A stretch of 64,000 nt of DNA from the human T2T-CHM13v2.0 reference genome, Homo sapiens, in the NCBI RefSeq assembly GCF_009914755.1, contig NC_060935.1. One strand, written 5' to 3'. Positions 55,152 through 64,000 of the stretch are shown one piece after another. The translations under genes were made by a program, and so were the position numbers. The stretch's first letter is position 1, and the number at the start of each line of letters is the position of its first letter. The notes beneath the pieces were generated by a model, which saw only the letters and a list, made by a program, of their open reading frames with translations, made no database searches and was not told the DNA's origin.

Positions 55152-55528
55152 GGAGGGAGTAGATGTATTTTACACTTGTGGGTTAAGGTAGGGGGATACA
55201 AGAGGAGGACGCAAAGAGGCTTTGGATTGGGAAGAAAGGCGGCAATGAGATACAGCTGTAGTCCAGGAATAGTCAAGGAAGCAGGTAATTTAGTTAAAGT
55301 GTCTCGGCCTAATAAGGGAACTGGGCAGGTGGGGATAACTAAAAAGGAGTGCTTAAAAGAGTATTGTCTAAGTTGGCACCAGAGTTGGGGAGTTTTAAGA
55401 GGTTTAGAAGCCTGGCCGTCAATACCCACAACAGTTATGGAGGCAAGGGAAACAGGCCCTTGAAAAGAAGGTAATGTGGAGTGGGTAGCCTCCGTATTGA
55501 TTAAGAAGGGGATGGGCTTACCTTCCAC
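55145..55528 (-). pseudogene. HERV-H protease remnant (catalytic DTG reads NTE)
   Basis: FLINTEATHS..HSFLVIPTCPVPLLGRD. Confidence 0.88.
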
Positions 55529-55708
55529 TGTGAGAGTTACCTGAAGCTCGGCGTCCGTGATGGTCTAGGGGGCTTCCGAGGCAATCGGGCAGTGTCAGTC
55601 TTCAGCCACTAAGCCAAGAAGATCTGGGAAGGAGTCAGTCAGAGAGCCTTGGGCGAGAGTTCCAGGGGCTCTGGGATTGGCTGCCAGGTGAGTTGAACAG
55701 TCTGATTT

Positions 55709-55945
55709 TCAGTGGGGTCCCACACAGATGGGACGCAGCTTAGGAGGAATACCGGGCTGTGGGCATTCCTTGGCCCAGTGGCCAGATTTCCGGCACGTGT
55801 AGCAAGCTCCTGTGGGAGGAGGTTCTGGAGGAACACCTGGCCGCTGCAGTTCAGGTGTTTGGAAGTTCTTGTGTGCTGGAGATGTGGCTGGGGTTTGTCT
55901 CACAGTGGAGGCAAGGAATTGCAACTTTTTTCTATTATTGTACAC
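55709..55945 (-). pseudogene. HERV-H gag nucleocapsid remnant
   Basis: CCHC zinc knuckle CYTCRKSGHWAKEC. Confidence 0.88.
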
Positions 55946-56914
55946 CTTGAAGGCAAGGTTAATTAAATCCTGTTGTGGGGTTTGAGGGCCGGAATTTAAT
56001 TTTTGGAGTTTTATTTAATGTCGGGAGCAGATTGGGTAATAAAATGTATTTTGAGACTAAGACGGCCTTTTGACCTTTTAGGGTCTAGGGCTGTAAAGTG
56101 TCTCAGAGTTGCTGCCAAACAAGTCATGAACTGGGCGGGATTTTTATATTTGATGAAAAAGAGCCTAAACGCTATCTGATTTGGGATAAAGAAAAAGGAG
56201 CATTAACCTTGACTGTGCCTTTAGCTCCAGCCACCTTTTTAAGAGTAAATTGCTGGGCAGGAGGGGGAGGGCTAGTCATGGAACGAAACTGTAAGCCGGA
56301 CCAGGTGTGAGAAGGGGAGGTGATAAAAAGATTATAGGGTGGAGGAGCAGAGGCTGAGGAAGAATTGGGACCTAGCTCGGCCTGGCGAGGAGCAGCCTGG
56401 GGAGGAAGGGAGAGGTCAGATGGGTCTGTAGAAAAGGAAGATTAGAAAGACTCAGAGATGCTTGGGGTTGGTACTGAGGGGACAGGCAGGAGGGAAAGAA
56501 GGAAGATTTGGTACGAGTTGCACTGGACACAGAGACTAGGAAGGGACTGATGTGTAAAAGACTGCCTGGATGTCAGGCACCTCAGACCATTTGCCTATTT
56601 TACGACAAGAATTATTTAGATCTTGCAGGATGGAAAAATTCAAAGTGCCATTTTCTGGCTACTTGGAACTACTGTCGAGTTTGTATTGGGGTCAAGCAGC
56701 ATTGCAGAAGAAAATAAGGCATTTAGGTTTTAGGTCAGGTGTGAGTTGAAGAGGTTTTAAGTTTTTGAGAACACAGGCCAAGGGAGTAGAAGGAGGAATG
56801 GAGAGTGGAAGGTTGCCCATAGTGAAGGAAGCAAGCCTAGAGAAAAGAGAGAGTAGAGAAATGGAGGGAAGGGATTCGGGGGTTCTTACCTTCCAGAAAA
56901 GTGGGAAAAGATGT

Positions 56915-57272
56915 TGGGGTGCAGAGATAAGAGGTCAGGGTGTGGAAATAAGGGATGGGGCACAGAAATAAGGGGCTGGGGCATGGAAATAAGGGGTCAG
57001 GGCATGGAAATAAGGGGTTGGGGCACAGAAATAAGGGATTGGGGCACAGAGATAAGAGGTTGGGGCACGGAAATATGGGATTGGGGCGCAGAGATAAGAG
57101 GTTGGGCATGGAAATAAGGGATTGGGGCACAGAGATAAAAGGTTGGGGTGCAGAGATAAGAGGTTGGGGTGCAGAAATAAGGGATTGGGGTGCAGAGATA
57201 AGAGGTTGGGGTGCAGAAATAAGGGATTGGGGCATAGAGATAAGAGGTTGGGGCATGGAAGTAAGGGATTGG
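56915..57272. repeat. 21-bp minisatellite, about 17 copies, in the HERV-H leader
   Basis: Units of the form GGGGYRCAGARATAAGRGRTT counted by eye. Confidence 0.92.
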
Positions 57273-57913
57273 GGGTTCTTGCCCCATAGAAAAGTGGGAC
57301 TTGCCACTAAGGGTGAAGGAGAAGGGGTTGAGGGGTACTTGCCCCCTCCCAGAAAAGCGGGACTTGCCACTAAGGGTGAAGGAGAAGGTGTTGAGGGGTA
57401 CTTGCCCCTCTCCCAGAAAAGCAGAGAAGGGATAGAGACAAGGAGAGAAGGGGTTGAGGTACTTGCCCCTTCCCCAGAAAAGTGGGACTTGCCGCTAAGG
57501 GTGAAGGACCAAGGCAGGCATCACTGCGTGGTCTGACACCCTTGAAACGTGGGTGTATAATCAGAGAGGCATCCCTGTAATGATTAAACACCAAGGGAAG
57601 GCTGTCTTCCCAGTCCATGACTGGCGCCGGAGTTTTGGATCCACAGATAAAACATGTCTCCTTTGTCTCTCCCAGAAAATGAAAGGAATTGAAATTAAGA
57701 GAAGGGAGAGATTGAAGAGTGGAAAGGAGAAGGTGGTTGAGGGACAGTGAGAGAGGTTGGAGAAGAGAGTAAGAAGAGGCCGCTTGCCTGATTTAAAATT
57801 GGTGAGATGTTCCTTGGGCTGGTTGGTCTGAGGACCTGAGGTCATAGGTGGATCTTTCTCACAGAGCAAAGAACAGGAGGACAGGGGATTGATCTCCCAA
57901 GGGAGGTCCCCCG

Positions 57914-57931
57914 ATCCGAGTCACGGCACCA
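57914..57931 (-). other. tRNA-His primer binding site
   Basis: Minus strand TGGTGCCGTGACTCGGAT, 2 nt after the 5' LTR. Confidence 0.95.
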
Positions 57932-57933
57932 AA

Positions 57934-58386
57934 TTTCATGCGCGTCTGTGTGAAGAGACCACCAAACAGGCTTTGTGTGAGCAACATGGCTGTTTATTTC
58001 ACCTGGGTGCAGGCGGGCTGAGTCCGAAAAGAGAGTCAGCAAAGGGAGATAAGGGTGGGACCGTTTTATAGGATTTGGGTAGGTAAAGGAAAATTACAGT
58101 CAAAGGCGGTTTGTTCTCTGGTGGGCAGGAGTGGGGGTCACAAGGTGCTCAGTGGGGGAGCTTTTTGAGCCAGGATGAGCCAGGAAAAGGACTTTCACAA
58201 GGTAATGTCATCAGTTAAGGCAAGGACCGGCCATTTACACTTCTTTTGTGGTGGAATGTCATCAGTTAAGGTGGGGCAGGGCATATTCACTTCTTTTGTG
58301 ATTCTTCAGTTACTTCAGGCCACCTGGGCATATACGTGCAAGTCACAGGGGATGCGATGGCTTGGCTTGGGCTCAGAGGCCTGACA
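57934..58386 (-). mobile_element. HERV-H 5' LTR (LTR7; promoter)
   Basis: About 97% identical to the 3' LTR by manual alignment; TATAAAA and AATAAA present on the minus strand. Confidence 0.97.
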
Positions 58387-58556
58387 CAAATAATACATTC
58401 TTTCTCTCAGCAACCCCAGTGTGTGGTGTTGGGAGGAGGATGGGGAGTGTCAAGAAATATGACTCTGATCACTTCAGCATCTGCTTCAAATTATCCCCAA
58501 AGCAGCCCATCCTTAAGCCTCTGTCTTCAGAAAACTAATAGATAATTACACCTGAT

Positions 58557-59642
58557 TGTTGTGGGAAGTCAGGGACCCCGAATGGAGGGACCTGCTGAAG
58601 CCATGACAGAAGAACAGAAATTGTGAAGATTTCATGGACATTTGTTAGTTCTCCAAATTAATACTTTTATAATTTCTTATGCCTGTCTTTACTGCAATCT
58701 TTGAACATAAATTATGAAGATTTCATGGACATTTATCACTTCCCCAATCAATACTCTTATAATTTCCTATGCCTGTTTTTAATCTCTTAATCCTGTCATG
58801 TTCGTAAGCTGAGGATGTATGTCACTTCAGGACCCTGTGATGATTGCGTTAATTGCACAAATTGCTCATAAAGCATGTATGTTTAAACAATATGAAATCT
58901 GGGCACCTTGAGAACAGGATAACAGCGATTTTCAGGGAACAAGGGAGATAATCTTAAAGTCTGGTTGCCTGTGGGCTGGGCAGGACAGAGCCATATTTCT
59001 CTTATTACCGAAAACGGGTAAGAGAAATATGGCTGAATTCTTTCCCCAGTAAGGAATATTAATAATTAACAGCCCTGGGAAAAGAATGCATTCCCAGGGG
59101 GGGCCTCTAATATGGCTGCCCTAGGAATGTCTGCCCTATGCAGTTGCAGATAAGGGATGAAACATGCCCTGGCTTCCTGCAGGATCCCTAGGCTTGCTAG
59201 GATTAGGAAATTCCAGCCTGGCGAATTCTAGTCAGACCAGTTCTCTGCTCTTGAACCCTGTTAAGATGTTTATCAATGACAATGCATGCACAGTGGGACA
59301 GGGAACCTCATCAGTAATGCTAATTTCACCTTTGCCTTGTGACCTTGCCCTGCTCATTTGCCTTGTGATATTTTGTTGCCCTTGAAGCATGTGATCTCTG
59401 TGACCCACACCCTATTCATACACTCCCTCCCCTTTGAAAATTGCTAATAAAAACTTGCTGGTTTTGCAGCTCAGGGGGCATCATGGAACCTGCCCACATG
59501 TGATGTCTCCCCTGGATACCCAGCTTTAAAATTTCTCTCTTGTACTCTTTCCGTTTATTTCTCAGACCAGCCAACACTTAGGGAAATAGAAAAGAACCTA
59601 CGTGAAATAATGATGAATTATCGGGGGCAGGCTCCCCCAATA
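58557..59642 (+). mobile_element. MER11C-like LTR (5' LTR of HERV-K11/HML-8)
   Basis: Starts TGTTGTGGGAAGTCAGGGACCCCGAATGGAGGGACC, repeated GAAGATTTCATGGACATTT, AATAAA near 59446, ends CCCCCAATA followed by a degenerate Lys-type PBS TGGCACCCAC. Confidence 0.88.
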
Positions 59643-61272
59643 TCTGGCACCCACATGGTTTTTCTTTTTCCCAAATGCATGTGGGAACCCAATTCCTTTT
59701 GGTAGGTGCGGAGAAACATCATCGGTTTGGTCCACATAAATGCTTGTTTGACTCCCTGATGACTGGTGAGTAGTCTGTGTATGATCCGGGTTAACTATGG
59801 GTCACACGGAGTATAAAAATTATACTTATCTCTTCTATATTACACTCTGGTTAAAACAGAAAAGGGTTCAAGTGCCCATGGAAAAATATGGTCACTCTAT
59901 TCAGGGCAGTGGGAAAATACTGTCCTTGGTTTCCTGAAAAAGGAACCTTAGATGTAGACCTGTTAAAACAGGGAAGGGTTCGAGTAACCATGGAAAATAT
60001 GGTCACTGTATTCAGGGCCGTGGAAAAATACTGTCCTTGGTTTCCTGAAAAAGGAACCGTATATGTAAAAATATGGGATCGTGTTGGTTCAACATTCTGG
60101 GAACTGGTCTCAACAGGGAATTATGTTCCCATCACTGTTTGGGGTGATTGGGCCTTGGTACGTGCCGTTCTGATACCTCCTCAACTTTCCTCTCCCACAT
60201 GGCCTTTGTTATCTGCTCAGTCTCTCCCTTCGCTTACTCCTCCTCCAACTGTTGAAAATTCAATGTCTAACTCCGGTGACTTTGGCTTAATGTCACCCCC
60301 TGATGACCTTATTTCTTTTCACAAACAGCCAGTACTTGTAGCTCCCACGGCCCAACTCACACAGCCCAGGACCACATATATGCTAATTCTTCCCTTTACA
60401 AACCTTTGCAGCATTTGCCTTCGGGCGTCACCTAATGGCTCCGGGACCAAACTACCATTTACCTGTAATTCTCCAGGGCTTCCCCCATCCACTGCAGCCC
60501 TCCTGTCATTTCAGTTCCTCAACTGGTCTGCATTGTTATGTACCTCTCAATCTTACCTTTTTGAAAGAATTTAAGGATGCTTGTACTCAGTACATCCCTA
60601 CTTCTCCTTATGTTAAAATGGTATTACAAACTTTGTACTGAGGTCATTTTGCTTCCTTTAGACTGGGACCTTTTAGCAAAAGCTGTTCTAACCACATCTT
60701 AGCCTGGTGGGCAGAGAAGGCCTGTCTCCAGGCTCAGCTAAATCGGACTAATGGCATTCTAATTACTCAGGCTCAGCTCACAAGCTCCAATAGTTTCTCT
60801 CATACTTATGCCCAATTAGGCTTTGATGCTCTTACCACAAAACAAGTAACAAAGGTGTGTATGAGAGCTTAGGATAAATTATGCACCCCAGGCCAAACTC
60901 CTGCTTCTTTTACTAGGGTTAAACAAGGTCACACTGAATTAGAGATTTACTGGCACAACAGGGGGCTGAAATTAATATTCCACATAACTCTTATGGTGCT
61001 CCCAGTCAGCATATGATGGAAAACATGGGGTTTGTTCCTGGACCCAGTCTCGGTCCAAAACATGAAGTGATTACTAAACCCCTCCCAGTTACTGTAAAAG
61101 AAAACAGGGCGGGTTTAGGTTATCCTTTCTAGTGGCAGCCGCTGCCACGCCTCCTGGTCCTACCCCTTTACAATGGAAATCTGACACACCCATTTGGATT
61201 CAGCAGTGGCCGCTCTCTAAAGAAAAACTGGAGGCTTTAACTCAATTAGTTTCTGAACAGTTACAACTTGGA
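59643..61272 (+). mobile_element. HERV-K11 (HML-8) internal remnant: MA and partial CA, deletion, pro C-terminus/G-patch, start of pol; truncated with no 3' LTR
   Basis: ATG at 59797 (MGHTE), betaretroviral MA motif [62 protein letters not shown]. Confidence 0.88.
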
Positions 61273-62196
61273 GGTAAGTAAAACAGAATGTCTGAATCTA
61301 CGTTGATACTGAGGGAGAGGGATGGTATCAGGGACAACAGGCAGAATAGTTTCCCCTTCCCAACTATAATCTCCCCAACTATCCCCTCAGGACCCAGAAA
61401 ATGTCCTTCATTATATCCTTGTGCTTCAAGAAAAGTTTGACCCAGTAAGCTCAGCTCCTCTCCCTCCATCAGAGAAGTAGGTAAAGGGAGGCAGTGGGGG
61501 CAGGAATCAGGAGCTCAGGACTTAGGTGCTTTCATAAACGTTTCCCTGTGATTCACCTCATAGGCTTCAAAGAGGAGCAGCCTTCCAAATAGCTTACTGA
61601 TCACCCAGGACTAGAATGATGTTTGCCTGCTTTGAAGTGAAAAATTCGCACATACTCCATCCCATCTTTGCCTGTTTCACACAATACCAAAGGTCCAGAT
61701 AAGCTCCTGACAATGTACACAGCATTCCCTGTATTTCTGATTTTCCCTAGTGATATCAAGAGCATGTAATTATACCCCAGACTGCCTATCAAATTGTCCA
61801 GATCTGGGGAGGCTAGGGATAAGTTAATATGTGGATGTCACCTGTATTTATTTCTCTTCCTTGGGTCTACCCTTAGCCATTACTTACCAAAGAGCTGCAT
61901 TGATTGACCTACAGGGTGACAAGAAGTTAAGCTACTAGTCAAGTGTGAAGAAAGGGGTATTTAATGGGCACTTTTTCAAGCATTGTCTATAGGGATACAA
62001 GGCAAATTTCCCATCACCTAGACACCAATGAGTACTTTTGCCTCCTCTTCAAACAAAGTTCTAACAAGATCTCTTTCTCTTATTGGGGCCCCAGGGAATA
62101 GCCCCAGCAGGGAATATTTTGAACAGCATACTCCAGGGTGCCTTGCCAAGGCCCTGCACTGAGGAGGAAGGAAAGGCTTCCTGTCATGGGGACCGG

Positions 62197-63010
62197 TGAG
62201 GTAGGAGGCGGGATTCAACTCCAGAGGGTGAGCTCAGACACCAGACTAAATTGAGGAGTAGCTAAAACAGGGATGGGGCAGAAGCAGCTTTCCATAAGAC
62301 ATGCCCACTAGTTTGCCATGTCGGTTTACCATTGCCAGGACACCTTGGAGTTACTGCCCCTTTCCATGGCAATGATCCAACTACCCAGAAGTTACTACAC
62401 TTTCCCTAAAAATTTCTGCATATGCTGCTCCTTAATCTACATGCAATTAAAAGTAGATATAGGGCGGGTGTAGTGGCTCACGCCTGTAATCCCAGCATTT
62501 CGGGAGACCAAGGCAGGCAGATCACCTGAGGTCAGGAGTTTGAGACCAGCCTGACCAACATGGCGAAACCCCTTCTCTACTAAAAATACAAAAATTAGCC
62601 TGGTGTGTGGGCACATGCCTGTAGTCCCAGTTACTCAGGAAGGCTGAGGCAGGAGAATTGCTTTAACCCAGGAGGTAGAGTTTTCAGTGAGCTGAGATCA
62701 CACCACTGAACTCCAGCCTGGGTGGCAGAGTGAGACTCCATCTCAAAAAAAAAAAAAAAATAGCTGTAAATATGACTGCAAAGCTGCCCTGAGCTGCTAC
62801 TCTCAGCACACTGCCTGTGGGGTATCCCTGCTCTGCCAGAACAGTCACAGAGCTGTGGCACTTCCAGAGCTGTAATACTGCCAAAGCTGTAACACTGCCA
62901 CTTCAATAAAGCCGTTTTCTTCTACTCTACCACCAACTTGCCCTTGAATTTTTTTCTGGGTGAAGCCTCACAGGCTAAGCTCCACTTTGGGGCTCACCTG
63001 CCCTGTGTCA
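62197..63010 (+). mobile_element. MER66-like ERV1 solo LTR interrupted by an Alu
   Basis: TGAGGTAGGAGGCGGGA..AAATTGAGGAGTAGCTAAAACAGGG; AATAAA near 62905; ends TTTGGGGCTCACCTGCCCTGTGTCA. Confidence 0.7.
62462..62760 (+). mobile_element. Alu (AluSx-like) nested in the LTR
   Basis: GTGGCTCACGCCTGTAATCCCAGC..CACCTGAGGTCAGGAG..GAGACTCCATCTC plus poly(A). Confidence 0.97.
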
Positions 63011-63559
63011 GTGGGACCACCCAGCTTGATGGCCCAGAAAAATCTGATCTAGGGAAGTTCAGTAAGAAGGCAAGGAGATGAGGAGGGGCACCCCCAGAAC
63101 CAGCACAGAACATTTCCTAGAAAACTCCCACTGATACAGGTGGGACCATGGGTGGAAGAGTGAATTAATAAGTGAGAGCCTTTACAAGAAGGAAGAACCT
63201 GACCAGAGAATAAGTTTGGAGAAAACAGCAAATGTTTCCTATACCTGGAATTGAAATGGTAGGTACAAGGCTAGGCCAAGTCCTATAGGTATTGCTAGTC
63301 ATACGCTTTCTAATCTTAGTGAAATTACTCAACGACTTTTGCTCATCTTAACTGTCTCCCTACATTTGACTTTCCTCTCATCCAAAAAATCCCTCCTGAA
63401 AATAGAGCTAGATTAATCTATTGGAAAGTATCCAAGAGCATAAAGGATTTAGACATTACAACATTACAATGGTAGGAAGAAACTCCTGGTGAGGGACAAA
63501 TAATTTATTCTATGAAGCCAAAGGAAATGCAAGAAAAAAATGCATACCAAACCCTATGA

Positions 63560-64000
63560 AAATACCAGCAACATCATAGCAATAGAAAAAACAATCTTAA
63601 AGTTTGTATGGAACCAAAAGAGACCCTGAATGGCCAAAGCCATCCAAAGCAAAAAGAACAAAACTGAAGAAATCACATTACCTGACTTCAAATTATACTA
63701 CAGGGTTATAGTAACCAAAACAGCATGTTACTGGCATAAAAACAGACATATAGACCAATGAAACAGAATAGAGAACCTAGAAATGAATCCACACACCTAC
63801 AGTGAATCCATTTTTGACAAAGGTGCCAAGCACATACACTGGGGAAAAGCTAGTCTCTTCAATAAATAGTGCTGGGAAAACTGGATATACATATGGAAAA
63901 GAATGAAACTAGACCCTTATTGCCCACCATATACAAAAATCAAATCAAAGTGGATTAAAGACTTAAATCTAAGACTGCAAACTATGAAATTACTACAAGA
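63560..64000 (+). mobile_element. LINE-1 ORF2 fragment running off the window
   Basis: ATCACATTACCTGACTTCAAATTATACTAC..GTAACCAAAACAGCATG..TTTGACAAAGGTGCCAAG. Confidence 0.9.

Larger units (their letters stand above)
52322..58386 (-). mobile_element. HERV-H provirus, two LTRs, common ~6-kb internally deleted form
   Basis: Paired LTR7s, TSD CAAAT (52317-52321 and 58387-58391), PBS-His, PPT, and gag/pro/pol remnants in the right order. Confidence 0.97.

Noticed and set aside
55145-55528. Protease active-site change as a locus-specific novelty
   Set aside because: The NTEA reading is, to my knowledge, shared by the common non-autonomous HERV-H lineage.
56915-57272. Regular array resembling CRISPR
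   Set aside because: Units are contiguous with no unique spacers, there are no cas genes, and it lies inside a HERV-H leader in primate DNA.
56837-57536. 177-aa and 193-aa repetitive ORFs on opposite strands
   Set aside because: By-products of a stop-free 21-bp minisatellite; no evidence of coding function.
57914-57931. tRNA-His gene
   Set aside because: Only the 3' 18 nt including CCA; this is the retroviral PBS.

Overview
Primate (most likely human, 11p15.4-type) class I olfactory receptor cluster in AT-rich, repeat-dense DNA. No prokaryotic features or CRISPR arrays. Four single-coding-exon OR sequences all lie on the minus strand: intact OR56A1 (9250-10206), a frameshifted OR56A paralog (OR56A7P-like, 28308-29248), an OR52L paralog with a near full-length ORF cut 10 codons early (OR52L2P-like, 39819-40778) and a multiply disabled OR52 gene (OR52X1P-like, 49345-50307). 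Gene symbols come from my recall of the proteins and cluster order, not from a database search. Mobile DNA: a two-LTR HERV-H provirus with a 5-bp TSD and perfect tRNA-His PBS (52322-58386, minus), lying head-to-head 170 bp from a MER11C/HERV-K(HML-8) truncated provirus (58557-61272, plus), plus an LTR8/HUERS-P1-like remnant, a MER66-like LTR, and L1, Alu, L2, MIR, MaLR and MADE1 pieces. Most notable: the divergent LTR7/MER11C promoter pair with HERV-H pointing into the OR array, a paralogous non-coding exon/donor block upstream of both OR56A genes, mosaic (conversion-like) identity between the OR56A copies, a cryptic ~130-bp inverted repeat upstream of OR52L2P, and several small local duplications. 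I found no convincing wholly new biological system; the findings are testable hypotheses.
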